Source: Chthoniobacteraceae bacterium
GTDB lineage: Bacteria; Verrucomicrobiota; Verrucomicrobiia; Chthoniobacterales; Chthoniobacteraceae
Direction of reading: 5' to 3'
Length of the DNA stretch: 43,467 bases
NCBI GenBank assembly: GCA_031409655.1
Contig: JANNXQ010000039.1
Span: forward strand, 1 to 43,467
Both the position numbers and the translations under genes were made by a program. How positions within the stretch are numbered: position 1 is the first letter of the stretch; every line of letters begins with the position of its first letter. Positions 1 through 10,208 of this stretch are shown in pieces. The notes under the pieces were generated by a model, which did no database searches, was not told where the DNA came from, and saw only the letters and a list, made by a program, of their open reading frames with translations.

Positions 1-362
1 GCCTCTACACCTACCCGGACGCCTTGGTCATCTGCGGCCCGCTCGAACTCGTGCCAGGGCACGACGACATGGTCACCAACCCGACGCTGATCGTGGAAGT
101 TCTCTCGGATTCCACCGAGGCTTACGACCGCGGGAAGAAGTTCGCGCATTACCGGATGCTGCCCTCCTTTGCCGAATACGTGCTCATCTCGCAGAAGGAG
201 CCGCTCGTCGAAGTCTTCTTCCGCCAAGGCGACGGCACGTGGCAGCTCACGCCGGTGCGGGGCCGCGATGCGACCGTGCGCCTGCAATCTCTCGGCGTGG
301 AATTGCGTCTGGCTGAGATCTACGAGCGGGTGGAATTCCCCGAGATCGTCCCGCTCAAATAG
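1..362 (+). CDS. Uma2 (DUF820) family endonuclease-fold protein, 5' partial
   Basis: YTYPDA...NPTLIVEVLSDSTEAYDRGKKFAHYR..PSFAEYVLISQ is the Uma2 signature; the frame is open to the window start. Confidence 0.9.
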   Translation, partial: LYTYPDALVICGPLELVPGHDDMVTNPTLIVEVLSDSTEAYDRGKKFAHYRMLPSFAEYVLISQKEPLVEVFFRQGDGTWQLTPVRGRDATVRLQSLGVELRLAEIYERVEFPEIVPLK

Positions 363-517
363 GACTCTCCCGTGGCGGGGCGCCGTCAGCCGGACAGGCG
401 TGCCAGCGTGCGGTGAGGGCTATGGAGATTGTCGGCGGTTTAGAGAAAATGCGGATAAACTTTTCCGACACACCACTTGCCCCGGCTCCAAGCGCTGTGC
501 TAAACGCAGCCCTTCTT

Positions 518-1270
518 ATGAAAAAACTCGTGCTTCCCCACCGTCCATTGTCGCTCCTCGCGGCCGTCGTTGTCCTGTCCGTGGTCTCACCCGTCCAGGC
601 CGAAGAAGTGCAGCCGGAAAATGCCAAGACCCTCCTGCTGGAACTCAAGCAGCGTGATCTCGAACGCCAGGTCGAAGGCAAGAAGCGCGAGATTGAGCGC
701 ACCAATGGCGACCTCCGGCTCGCCCGGATGCAGGCCCAGAAACTTCAGGAGAGCATTGACGCCACCGGTTCCCTCCTCAGCGACACCACCGCCTATCTCG
801 ATCAGCTCACGGCCCAGAAAGCCCGCCTTGAGCAGGTCGTGGAATTGACCACTCTCCGCATCGACGCCGAACGGCAGAAAGTGGATGGCCTAAAGGCGCT
901 TGGCGATGCGCAGTTCAAGGCGCTCGAAAGCGTCATCAAGCACATCGAAGAAACGGAGACCCGCGCGAACCTCGCCGGAGCGGAATTGAGATCCATGAGC
1001 GACGCCCCACAGCTCGAGCCCGTCGCGCTGGGAGAATCTTCCTCCGCCAAGGTCTCGCCCGAGATCATCGACCTCCGCAAGAAAGCCGCTGCCCACAAGC
1101 AGACCCTCGCCGGCATGAACAAGTCCGCCAATGAAGCCATGAAGACTGCCGCCGTGAAACTCGAACTCGCCGATGTCGCCGCCATCAAGGCCAAGCGCAA
1201 AGCCGTCGATCTTGGTCTCGACGAAAAGGTGCCTGCTGGGAAGGCCGAGAAGGCACCTGCGGATCGCTAG
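518..1270 (+). CDS. Secreted coiled-coil hypothetical protein
   Basis: ATG 518 gives a signal peptide (MKKLVL...SPVQA/EE) followed by a long E/K/Q/A-rich heptad region. Confidence 0.75.
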   Translation: MKKLVLPHRPLSLLAAVVVLSVVSPVQAEEVQPENAKTLLLELKQRDLERQVEGKKREIERTNGDLRLARMQAQKLQESIDATGSLLSDTTAYLDQLTAQKARLEQVVELTTLRIDAERQKVDGLKALGDAQFKALESVIKHIEETETRANLAGAELRSMSDAPQLEPVALGESSSAKVSPEIIDLRKKAAAHKQTLAGMNKSANEAMKTAAVKLELADVAAIKAKRKAVDLGLDEKVPAGKAEKAPADR

Positions 1271-1274
1271 TCCC

Positions 1275-2189
1275 ATGCGTCGCCCATCCCTGCTGGCCCT
1301 CTGCCTGATCCTGCCAGGAGGCCTGGTTCTCGCCCAAGGGCGGGATCCCTTCCCGCGCCCCGCCGAGAGCCGGAAGACCCCCTCGACTCCAAAGCCGGCC
1401 ACCGCCAAGACTCCGGTCACGGTCACCAAACCCCCTGCGCCCGCGGCCCCACCCGCCCCGAATCCCGCCCGCCCGCAGCGATCCGAACCCGCCCTGACGC
1501 GCGCCCAAAACGCCACCGTGAACAAAGCCGCCGAGGCTGCCGCCAGGCGTCCCCTCGAACCCTCCACGATCGGGGCCTTCCTCCCGGTCTGGCAGGCGCG
1601 GCTCTCCGCCGCAGCCTACTATCAGGCGGAATTCCGGCAGCGGATGAAAGTCGGCATGGCCGAAGTCGAACAAATCGAAAAGGACCGCACCCTGCGGGCG
1701 CTTGCCTCCCGGGAGCACCACGACCTCATGGCTGCGACCGACCTCCCGGGGCGGAAAGTGCGCGACTGGGTGCAGCAACTGCGGGGGACTGCAAATCCAA
1801 TCATGCCCGCCGATGCCGAGGGTGTCATGCGCACTGCCGAGGCTCTGGCCTTCCGCGGCCAGCCCATCTCCAGCGAGACCCAGCGCCTCATCGGGAAAAC
1901 ATCCGAGGCCTCCCGATCCTTTCTCACCACCGATGTCTCCGCGGCCGGAGGGTTGATGGTCCCGAATATCTACCCCGTTCCCGGTCCTCTAAACCAGGCC
2001 GATGACGAGCGCCCCTACGCCCTCCGGAATGTCGCCGTCCTCCGCACGGCTATTTCAGCTCAGAAATCCACGGTCACGGGGCAGCACCAGGCGATGCGCC
2101 AGGAGTGGCTCCAGTGGAACGCCCGCGGCGAGGAACTGCACCGCCGCTACGCCGATCTCCGCGTCAGTCTGCCCGCGAACGAGGAGTAG
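1275..2189 (+). CDS. Secreted hypothetical protein with Pro/Ala-rich linker
   Basis: ATG 4 nt after the previous stop; signal peptide MRRPSLLALCLILPGGLVLA; host-like codon usage. Confidence 0.7.
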   Translation: MRRPSLLALCLILPGGLVLAQGRDPFPRPAESRKTPSTPKPATAKTPVTVTKPPAPAAPPAPNPARPQRSEPALTRAQNATVNKAAEAAARRPLEPSTIGAFLPVWQARLSAAAYYQAEFRQRMKVGMAEVEQIEKDRTLRALASREHHDLMAATDLPGRKVRDWVQQLRGTANPIMPADAEGVMRTAEALAFRGQPISSETQRLIGKTSEASRSFLTTDVSAAGGLMVPNIYPVPGPLNQADDERPYALRNVAVLRTAISAQKSTVTGQHQAMRQEWLQWNARGEELHRRYADLRVSLPANEE

Positions 2190-2216
2190 CTCGCGGGCGC
2201 TCTCCCGGTTGGGCGT

Positions 2217-4799
2217 TCAGCGTGATTTGCCGATCGGCTCGGGCTCTTCCTTTGGCGTAAAAACAAATGCGGCGCGAACGGGGGCGGGCATGGGGCTATC
2301 AGCGCCGCGCACACTCCTCCAGACGATTTCGTTGAGCAGGAGATCATCGGCAGCGTCTTCTTTGGCGAAGTTCATCTTCGACGATTCCTTGGCCCCCCAG
2401 GCGATCTTGGAGTTCTTCTCGTTGAGGTCCACGTTGGCCAGCAAGGACGTGAAAGGAGTGAGATCGGGTTGCTTTTGAAAGCTGGCGAACATCGGTAAGG
2501 CGGCAGCGTCGAATTGGCTCATGGGTTTCAGCCCGAGGATCAACTCCATGGTACGCAACATCGAACTCGTCGAGTAGAGACTGGAGTCCACGGTGCCGCG
2601 TTTCACAAAAGGACTAATGACAAAGGCGATCGTTCGATGCGCGTCGATGTGATCGGGGCCATTCTGGGCGTCGTCCTCCACGACGAAAATGGCCGTCTCC
2701 GGCCAGAATTTTGACCGACTGAGGGCCTCCACCACTTGACCCAAGGCCAGGTCATTGTCCGCGACTTGGGCGGTGGGGGTTGGTTTGCCAGGGCTGGTGC
2801 CGCTGGTGTGGTCGTTTGGCAGGCGGACGATTTGCAAGCGGGGCATCTCGCCTTCCTTTTCGAAACGACTGAGTTCCGAGATGAAACGGGCGGCGCGTTG
2901 CACGTCGGGGTAAGCCATGTCGAAGCTCCGGAATCCGGGATCAAAGTGTCCCTGAAGGGCAGCGACCCGAGTGGTGCAGGGGTCGGTGGGTTTCTTTCCA
3001 TTCTCCACAAACTCGCCGTAGCTCCGGTAGCTGACGCCCGCTTCCTTGGCGCGGTCCCAGAGGTAGCCGCCGGCGGGTGTGGCGATGGCAAAATCACCCT
3101 CGCTCGGGTAGGGGAACTTATTGTGTCCCTTGTTGTGGCCATAGGAAAGTGGCCAGTTCTTTTCGACGAAGTCGGTGGCGTAAGCGCCCATCGTCCATTC
3201 GTGTCCGTCCGCACTTACTTCACTCTCAACGTAGAAGTTATCGAGTAAGACAAATTGTCGGGCGAGGGCATGGTGATTGGGGGTTACTTTCTCTCCGAAG
3301 ATACAAAGGGTCGGATCGCCGCGCCCCTTTTCCAGCGCGCCGAAGACCTGGTCGTAGGTGCGATTTTCCTTCACGATGTAGATGCAATATTTGATGGGAC
3401 TCGGGTCGCCGATCTTGCGCGGGATGGGGTTCCCGGAGAGTTCGGCGGCGTCGGCCTGGCGGCGGTTATCGGGGACGCAGGCAAAGGCCTGGGCGCTCCA
3501 TTCCGCGAGTTGTTTTTCCAGGGCTTCGCCCGATGGGAGATCGAGAAAGGTGACACTACCCTCCATTAAGCCGCCGATGTGCTCATTGATGCCAGGGGCC
3601 TTCAGCGGCGAAAGCGGACCGCGCGGATTGGGTTTCGAGATGCGGCCTTTGCCATTGGCGACAAGCAGGCGTTTTCCATCGGGTGTGACGCGAACGCTGG
3701 TGGGATACCAGCCGACGGGGATAAAGCCGAGACTGTGGGCGCTTCCGCGGTCGGAGACGTCGAACACCGCGACGGTGTTGATATTCGCATTCGCGACGAA
3801 GAGGCGTTTTTCATCAGGTGAAAGAGCGAGGGAGTTCGGGGTGTTTCCCGGCGGCGCGTCGGGAGTGAGGGTGGCCACGAGGGTTTCGGACGTGCGGCCA
3901 GTGGAGGTATCGATGACACTGACGGAGTTGCGATTTGCGTTGGCGACGAAAAGGCGGGAGCCGTCTTTCGAGAGGAGCATTTCGTTCGGGTGTTCTTCGA
4001 CGCGCCACCGGGCTGTGACCTTGAAGGTGGTGGTATCTATCACGGCCACTTCTGCCTGGGCCCAGAGCGAAACGTAGAGTTCTCGGCGTTGCTCATTCAG
4101 CGCGAGACCGTAGGGGAAAGGATCCTTTGAGCTGGTCGAGTCGAGCAGGGCTTCGGCGCGTTTGGTGATGGATGGGTCGTCGGTGGTCGGGGGGCGCGGG
4201 GCGACTTCTCCCTGGGCGTGAGTATCGAGTAAGAGTTCGGAGACTTCGCGGCGCCCGTCTTTTCCGGTCACGATCCGGCTCACGGAGTGGCCCCAGACAT
4301 TTGCCACGTAGATGGTGCGCGCATCTGCGGTCGTGGCGATGCCGGCGGGAATGCCGCGCTTTTTCACCTCGCGCAAGGGCACCGATACGGGGGCCACGAG
4401 TTGCCCATGGGCAAAGCCGAAGCTGTGCAGCACTTCATCACCGGAACCAGAACAGAAGAGCTGGGTTCCATCGTGGGAAAAGGTGAGTCCGTAGAAGGCT
4501 TCCTTGATCGCGACTCGGGAAAAGATTTCGCGCCGCGCGAGATCGAGCACCACGATCTCGTGCGCGCCATAGCCGCAGTGCAGCACGGCGGCGAATTTTC
4601 CCTCGGGATGCACGGCGATATTCACCGGGAAATCTCCGACGGTGACCTGCCGGCCAGCTGGCTTGAGGAGCCATTGATTCGGCAGGCGCACGGTGGCCGC
4701 GTCGATCTGGCCAGGAAAATCTGCTGGGGCGGGCGCTTTCGGTGGCTCGCCCTGGAGGGTGGCGACGGAGGCGAGGAGCAGGGCGGGGAGGAGGCGCAT
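2217..4799 (-). CDS. YVTN/YncE beta-propeller plus phosphoesterase (alkaline phosphatase superfamily) protein
   Basis: Signal peptide; repeats LFVANANRNSVSVIDT and IPVGWYPTSV; phosphoesterase motifs KENRTYDQVFG, SADGHEW, EDDAQNGPDH. Confidence 0.88.
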   Translation of the reverse strand: MRLLPALLLASVATLQGEPPKAPAPADFPGQIDAATVRLPNQWLLKPAGRQVTVGDFPVNIAVHPEGKFAAVLHCGYGAHEIVVLDLARREIFSRVAIKEAFYGLTFSHDGTQLFCSGSGDEVLHSFGFAHGQLVAPVSVPLREVKKRGIPAGIATTADARTIYVANVWGHSVSRIVTGKDGRREVSELLLDTHAQGEVAPRPPTTDDPSITKRAEALLDSTSSKDPFPYGLALNEQRRELYVSLWAQAEVAVIDTTTFKVTARWRVEEHPNEMLLSKDGSRLFVANANRNSVSVIDTSTGRTSETLVATLTPDAPPGNTPNSLALSPDEKRLFVANANINTVAVFDVSDRGSAHSLGFIPVGWYPTSVRVTPDGKRLLVANGKGRISKPNPRGPLSPLKAPGINEHIGGLMEGSVTFLDLPSGEALEKQLAEWSAQAFACVPDNRRQADAAELSGNPIPRKIGDPSPIKYCIYIVKENRTYDQVFGALEKGRGDPTLCIFGEKVTPNHHALARQFVLLDNFYVESEVSADGHEWTMGAYATDFVEKNWPLSYGHNKGHNKFPYPSEGDFAIATPAGGYLWDRAKEAGVSYRSYGEFVENGKKPTDPCTTRVAALQGHFDPGFRSFDMAYPDVQRAARFISELSRFEKEGEMPRLQIVRLPNDHTSGTSPGKPTPTAQVADNDLALGQVVEALSRSKFWPETAIFVVEDDAQNGPDHIDAHRTIAFVISPFVKRGTVDSSLYSTSSMLRTMELILGLKPMSQFDAAALPMFASFQKQPDLTPFTSLLANVDLNEKNSKIAWGAKESSKMNFAKEDAADDLLLNEIVWRSVRGADSPMPAPVRAAFVFTPKEEPEPIGKSR

Positions 4800-4899
4800 G
4801 GCGGAGGCGTTATCACGGCAGTTTTGATCCACGTCAATCCGCGGGCCACCTTGGCCAAGATGAGCCTAGCACGCCTGACTCGATGCGCTTAACTGGGCC

Positions 4900-6201
4900 A
4901 TGATGTTTCTGCGCACCCTTCCCGTCCTGCTGTTCGCGGCCGCCGCCGCGCTCCTTCGGGCGGAGGATTTCCAAGGGGCCACGCATGTCGTGCCTTACGA
5001 CGAGGAGATTATCAACTACAGTGCCACGCCGGCCGGTGGTCCGATCGCGGAGTTGCAGGCCCGGATCGACAAGGGCGAGGTGACGTTGCGCTTTGACGAG
5101 AAATTTGGCTGGCTGCCGGCGCTCCTCGACGCGCTCAAGGTGCCGAAGAGTTCGCAGATGCTCGTGATGTCGAAAACATCGCTCCAGCGGCCCTTCATCA
5201 CGCCGAAAAATCCCCGCGCCCTTTACTACAATGACGACGTCTATCTCGGCTACGTCCCAGGGGCGCCGCTGATGGAGATCAGCGCGGTGGATCCGCAGCT
5301 CGGGGGCGTTTTCTTCCACCTCGAGCAGACGCCGGAGAAGAAGCCGCGGTTTGTTCGCGATGCGGATTGCCTGAGTTGCCACATCTCGAGTCGCACGCTC
5401 GGGGTGCCAGGCCACTTCGTGCGTTCGGTGGGGACCGATGCGACGGGCGAACTCGAAGCCGGTACTGAAGTCACGCACATCGAGCATTGCACCCCTTTTG
5501 CCGATCGCTGGGCGGGATGGCTCGTCACGGGCACGCACGGAGCGATGACTCATCGGGGAAATCTCATCGGCACCGCGGATTTTGAGCGCGCCGGGCGGGA
5601 GGTAAATTTCAACGGGAACCTGAAGTCCCTCGCTGGATTCATCGACGAGCGTGACTACCTCGGCAAAGGGAGCGATCTCGTGGCGCTGATGGTCCTCGAA
5701 CATCAGGGCCACATGCACAATTACATCACGCGGCTGAACTACGAGACGCGCATCATGATGGCGCAGTATGGGCACACCCGTTACCTGACGAAGAAGGTGG
5801 ACGCCTTTCTCCGCTACCTGCTCTTCACCGAGGAAGCGCGGCTCACCTCGCCCGTCGCGGGAAATCCGGAATTCATCCGCGACTTTACGACTGGCGGCCC
5901 GCGCGACTCGCAGGGGCGCTCGTTCCGAGATTTCGATCTGCAGACGCGGCTCTTTAAGTATCCGTGCAGCTTCCTCATTTACTCGCCGGCCTTCGACCGA
6001 CTGCCGCCCATCATGCTCGACCAGATCTACCGACGGCTTTGGGACATCCTGCACGGTCGGGATCCTTGCGCCGACTTTGCCGGAATCCCAGCAGGGCAGC
6101 GCCAGGCGGTGCTGGAGATCCTGCTCGGGACGAAGCGCGGTCTGCCGGCGTATTGGCAGCAGTCGTCAGGGACTGACGAGGGGATTCGGGCGGGAAAGTG
6201 A
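4900..6201 (+). CDS. Secreted conserved hypothetical protein with one CxxCH motif (possible c-type cytochrome)
   Basis: Signal peptide; CLSCH motif; 433-aa ORF with host codon usage. Confidence 0.7.
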   Translation: MMFLRTLPVLLFAAAAALLRAEDFQGATHVVPYDEEIINYSATPAGGPIAELQARIDKGEVTLRFDEKFGWLPALLDALKVPKSSQMLVMSKTSLQRPFITPKNPRALYYNDDVYLGYVPGAPLMEISAVDPQLGGVFFHLEQTPEKKPRFVRDADCLSCHISSRTLGVPGHFVRSVGTDATGELEAGTEVTHIEHCTPFADRWAGWLVTGTHGAMTHRGNLIGTADFERAGREVNFNGNLKSLAGFIDERDYLGKGSDLVALMVLEHQGHMHNYITRLNYETRIMMAQYGHTRYLTKKVDAFLRYLLFTEEARLTSPVAGNPEFIRDFTTGGPRDSQGRSFRDFDLQTRLFKYPCSFLIYSPAFDRLPPIMLDQIYRRLWDILHGRDPCADFAGIPAGQRQAVLEILLGTKRGLPAYWQQSSGTDEGIRAGK

Positions 6202-6235
6202 AACGCCCCGGATGGACGGATCCTCCCGGGGCGTT
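6202..6235. terminator. Hairpin between convergent genes
   Basis: AACGCCCCGG / CCGGGGCGTT perfect 10-bp stem just after the stop at 6201; weak U-tract. Confidence 0.45.
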
Positions 6236-6261
6236 GGCACCAAGGTTCTGCAGGGATTCGA

Positions 6262-7194
6262 TCACGCAGACGGCGTGCGGCGACGCCGGGCGGTGTGCAA
6301 GAGCGCGCCGATGAGGAGCAAGGCGGCGGTGCCGGGTTCGGGCACTGGATTGGGATTCGACGGGAAGCTGGGAGCGAAGGCGAGACCGGCGGGGCCGCCG
6401 TCGGTATCGGCAAAGAAACTCACGGCGCCGGTTGGCGTGATCCGGCTGATATCGTAGCCGCCGAAATTCGCGGCGTAGAGATTGCCGGCCTGATCGGCGG
6501 TGAGGCCCATGGGGTAGCTCAGCCCGCCGCCCGCGGCGAAGGAACTCGTCGCGCCCGTGGTGGAGATGCGGGTGATCGAATCACTCCCCGAATTTCCCGC
6601 GTAGAAACTGCCGCCGGTGAAAGCGAGACCCACAGGATAGGTCATCCCCGAACCGGCGAACAGGCTCACCGAGCCCGTCGCATCGATGCGGCTGATCGTG
6701 GCGTCAAAGCGGTTCGCGGCATAGAGGTCGCCATCGGGGCCGAAGGTGAGGCCGTAAGGCTGGCTCAGTCCGCTCGCGAAAAGGATGACGGAACCGTCGG
6801 GCGCGATTTTGCTGATGGTGTTATTGCCGATGTTTGACGCGTAGAGGAAGCCGTGGACGTCGATCGCGAGCGCGAAGGGTAAATTCAGCCCGCTGCCGCT
6901 GGCGAAGACGCTGACGGCGCCGCTCGGTGTGATCTTATTGATCGTGGCGCTATTCACATTGGCCACGTAGAGATTGCCCTGGGGGTCGAAAGCGAGACCC
7001 CGCGGGCTGTCGAGGCCATCGGCGAAGAGGCCGAGATTGGCTCCCGTCAGCGAATCGAAAACCCCGATTCCACCACCGACGTAGGAGACATACAGCGATT
7101 CGGCCTTGGCTGGAGTCAGCACTCCGAGGCTCCAGCCGACGATCGCGAGAGCGGTGCCTATCTTGAAGGAGGTGAGTAGTTTGTGGAGGAGCAT
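6262..7194 (-). CDS. NHL-repeat beta-propeller protein with PEP-CTERM sorting signal
   Basis: Repeats PxGLAFDxxGNLYVAN; C-terminal VPEPGTAALLLIGALL..RRRR. Confidence 0.9.
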   Translation of the reverse strand: MLLHKLLTSFKIGTALAIVGWSLGVLTPAKAESLYVSYVGGGIGVFDSLTGANLGLFADGLDSPRGLAFDPQGNLYVANVNSATINKITPSGAVSVFASGSGLNLPFALAIDVHGFLYASNIGNNTISKIAPDGSVILFASGLSQPYGLTFGPDGDLYAANRFDATISRIDATGSVSLFAGSGMTYPVGLAFTGGSFYAGNSGSDSITRISTTGATSSFAAGGGLSYPMGLTADQAGNLYAANFGGYDISRITPTGAVSFFADTDGGPAGLAFAPSFPSNPNPVPEPGTAALLLIGALLHTARRRRTPSA

Positions 7195-7241
7195 GATGGA
7201 GAAGCGAGGCAGCGGCACGGCGCGGTAGAGATTGGGGGCGA

Positions 7242-7269
7242 ACTATACTGGGGATAATAAGTATGGCAA
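7242..7269 (-). promoter_or_regulatory. Putative sigma70 promoter of the PEP-CTERM gene
   Basis: Minus strand TTGCCA-N16-TATAGT in an AT-rich patch about 50 nt upstream of the ATG. Confidence 0.45.
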
Positions 7270-7431
7270 TTATAATTTTCCGGAAAGCGAGGAGTGCGAC
7301 TGGGAAACCATCGGTCGGTCGCCCCGCAGCAAGTCTGCTGCGGAGGAACTTGATTCCCGAAGGCCCTAATTGTGCTCTTGAAGGCATGGCTTCTGTTTCA
7401 TTTTGAAGTTTGAAGGAAGCCCGCTAGTCCC

Positions 7432-8733
7432 TTGAAAACAATCCTCTTGATCGATGACGACGAGTGCTGCCGCTTAACCGCAGCGGCGCTACTCCGGCAT
7501 GCCGATTGGAAAGTGATCGAGGCGACCGATGGCGAAAGCGGAATCGCGGCTGCGGTCGAACACCGGCCGGATGCGGTGCTCTGCGACCTCATGATGCCCC
7601 GCGGCAATGGCTGGCACGTCTGCACCGCCCTGCGCCAGCATCCGGAGACCCGGGAGACGAAGATCATCATCATCAGCGGGCGCGACTATCCCACCGATCG
7701 GCAGAGTGTGGAGGAAGCGGGCGCCGACGACTACCTGGTGAAGCCACTCGAGTTTGAGAGCGTGAAGAAGACGCTTTCGCGGCATTTTCCGGGTGCGACG
7801 ATGAACGGAGGGCTTGCCCACGAGCGAGAGTCCGGGAAATCTCCCGGGGTGGGAACGACAGTAAAATTTTGGGGTGTTCGCGGGTCGATCCCGACGCCCG
7901 GTGCGGGCACCGTCCATTACGGAGGCAATACCTCTTGCGTGGAAGTGCGTGCCGACGGTGAGATCATCATCCTCGATGCGGGCTCGGGCATCAGGTTGCT
8001 CGGTCAGGCGCTTTTGGCGGAGGCGGGGGAAGGGTCGATCGCGGCGACTCTGCTCATCACCCACACCCACTGGGATCATATCCAGGGGTTTCCTTTCTTC
8101 CGCCCCGCCTACAATCCCAAGACCCGCCTGCGCATCATCGGGGTCGAAGTCGCGCGGGCCGGCCTCGCCTCGACGCTCGCCGGTCAGATGGTGAGCCCCT
8201 ATTTCCCCGTCGCCCTCCAGCAGCTTCCCGGAAACATCGAGATCGAGGAATTGCGGGAACTGCGGGGGACCGTCGGTTCCGTGCGCATCGAGGCCTGCCA
8301 GTCGAATCATCCCGACACGGCCTTCGGCTACCGTTTGCACACGAAGAGCGGCTCGCTGGTTTATTTGCCCGATAATGAAACCGCGAGTGCGGCTTCCGCC
8401 GGTCTTCCCGGAGTCGCGGAGCGGCTCGAGCGATTGGAGCGACTCACGGATTTTGCCCGGGGCGCCGATCTTCTGATCTGCGATGCGCAATACGACGCCG
8501 AGGAGTACCAGAGGCACGTGGGCTGGGGGCATGGCTGCCTGGATGACGTCGTCCGTTTCGCCATCGCCGCGGAGGTTGGTCTGCTCTATCTCTTCCATCA
8601 CGATCCGGGGCACGACGATCAGAAGATCACGGAGATGCTGCACCACGCCCAGAAAGTCGCGAAAGACGCAGGAAGCAGTCTGTCCATCGAGGCCGCGCGG
8701 GAAGGGGAGCAGTTGGTGCTGGCGGCAAAGTAG
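7432..8733 (+). CDS. Response regulator receiver domain fused to a metallo-beta-lactamase-fold hydrolase
   Basis: LLIDDD...CDLMMP...SG...DYLVKP receiver; GVRGSIP..GGNTSCV, THTHWDH, GWGH, FHHDP MBL motifs; TTG start. Confidence 0.9.
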   Translation: MKTILLIDDDECCRLTAAALLRHADWKVIEATDGESGIAAAVEHRPDAVLCDLMMPRGNGWHVCTALRQHPETRETKIIIISGRDYPTDRQSVEEAGADDYLVKPLEFESVKKTLSRHFPGATMNGGLAHERESGKSPGVGTTVKFWGVRGSIPTPGAGTVHYGGNTSCVEVRADGEIIILDAGSGIRLLGQALLAEAGEGSIAATLLITHTHWDHIQGFPFFRPAYNPKTRLRIIGVEVARAGLASTLAGQMVSPYFPVALQQLPGNIEIEELRELRGTVGSVRIEACQSNHPDTAFGYRLHTKSGSLVYLPDNETASAASAGLPGVAERLERLERLTDFARGADLLICDAQYDAEEYQRHVGWGHGCLDDVVRFAIAAEVGLLYLFHHDPGHDDQKITEMLHHAQKVAKDAGSSLSIEAAREGEQLVLAAK

Positions 8734-8824
8734 GCGGCGCGCTTCCGAGCCCCGGGCGATGGGGCGCATCGGGAGGAAAAAATAAAGCTGCTGGAGGGCG
8801 TTCGTTTTCCCGTCCTCGGTCGCT

Positions 8825-8858
8825 GGAATTTGTTTGGCATTTGGAATCTGGAAATTTT
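8825..8858 (+). repeat. Degenerate heptamer tandem repeat (TTGGAAT-like)
   Basis: ggaatttgtttggcatttggaatctggaaatttt. Confidence 0.4.
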
Positions 8859-8912
8859 CCACCGGCCATGCTGGAATGGTGCCCTTCAACCCAAATACCA
8901 CCCATCTCTACT

Positions 8913-10067
8913 ATGGCAAAAAAACCACTCAATATCGGCATCGTCGGCTACGGCTTCATGGGACGCACCCATGCAAACGGCTTTTGCCAGGCGCCGCACT
9001 TTTTCGATCTCCCCGTGCAACCGGTGCTCAAGGCCGCTTGCGGACGCGACGCCGAAAAGGCGCAGGCCTATGCCGATAAGTGGGGCTTTGAGTCCATCGA
9101 GACGGACTGGAAAGCGCTCATCAAGCGCTCCGACATCGACCTCATCGACATCTGCACGCCGAATAACAGCCACGCCGAAATCGCCATCGCGGCGGCGAAG
9201 GCCGGCAAGATCGTGATGTGCGAAAAGCCGCTCTCGCTCGATGGCAAGCAGGGCGAGACGATGGTCAAGGAAATCGAGAAGGCCGGCGTGCCGAACATCG
9301 TCTGGTACAATTACCGCCGCGTCCCCGCAGTGACCCTCGCCAAGCAGCTCATCGACGAAGGCAAGCTCGGGAAGATCTTCCACTATCGCGCAAAGTTTCT
9401 CCAAGACTGGACGATCAGCGCGGAACTCCCGCAAGGCGGCGCGGGCCTCTGGCGGCTCGATGCGAAAGCGGCGGGGAGCGGCGTGACGGGCGATCTGCTC
9501 GCGCACTGCATCGACACCGCGATCTGGCTGAACGGCTCGATCACCGAAGTCACCGCGATGACGGAGACTTTCATCAAGGAGCGCACCCACACCGCCACCG
9601 GCAAGAAGCAGAAGGTCGAAATCGACGACGCCTGCGCCTTCCTCTGCCGCTTTGAAAACGGCTCGCTCGCGACCTTTGAATCCACCCGCTACGCCCGCGG
9701 CCACAAGGCCCTCTACACGCTCGAAGTGAACGGTGAAAACGCCTCTGTCGCCTGGGACCTGCACGATCTGCACCGCCTGCAATACTTCGATCACCGCGAC
9801 GGTGGCCTTACCCGCGGCTGGCGGAATATCCACGTCACCGACAGCGACCAGCCCTACATGAAAAACTGGTGGGTGCCCGGTCTGCAGATCGGCTACGAGC
9901 ACACCTTCACGCATCAAGTCGCCGACTTCCTCGGCACGCTTGGCGGCAAGAAGTGGAAGCCCGTCGGCCCCACCTTCCGTGACGCTCTGGAGACTCAGTA
10001 TGTCTGCGACGCCGTCCTCAAGTCCGCGAAGACGGGCAAGTGGGAGAAGGTGAAGAAGCTCAAGTAA
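8913..10067 (+). CDS. Gfo/Idh/MocA family oxidoreductase
   Basis: [11 protein letters not shown]ossmann motif, [22 protein letters not shown]. Confidence 0.93.
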   Translation: MAKKPLNIGIVGYGFMGRTHANGFCQAPHFFDLPVQPVLKAACGRDAEKAQAYADKWGFESIETDWKALIKRSDIDLIDICTPNNSHAEIAIAAAKAGKIVMCEKPLSLDGKQGETMVKEIEKAGVPNIVWYNYRRVPAVTLAKQLIDEGKLGKIFHYRAKFLQDWTISAELPQGGAGLWRLDAKAAGSGVTGDLLAHCIDTAIWLNGSITEVTAMTETFIKERTHTATGKKQKVEIDDACAFLCRFENGSLATFESTRYARGHKALYTLEVNGENASVAWDLHDLHRLQYFDHRDGGLTRGWRNIHVTDSDQPYMKNWWVPGLQIGYEHTFTHQVADFLGTLGGKKWKPVGPTFRDALETQYVCDAVLKSAKTGKWEKVKKLK

Positions 10068-10087
10068 CGAGCCTCACGCAAACATTC

Positions 10088-10129
10088 ACGGGCCGCTCTC
10101 CTGATCGGGAGAGCGGCCCGTTTTTGTTT
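10088..10129 (+). terminator. Rho-independent terminator
   Basis: ACGGGCCGCTCTCC-loop-GGAGAGCGGCCCGT 14-bp stem followed by TTTTGTTT. Confidence 0.9.
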
Positions 10130-10208
10130 CAGCGTTCTGCCCGGAAACGAAACTGGCGGCACCGTTGCCGATGCCGCCAGTCGCGGAAGCCAATCTGCGG
10201 AATCTCGT

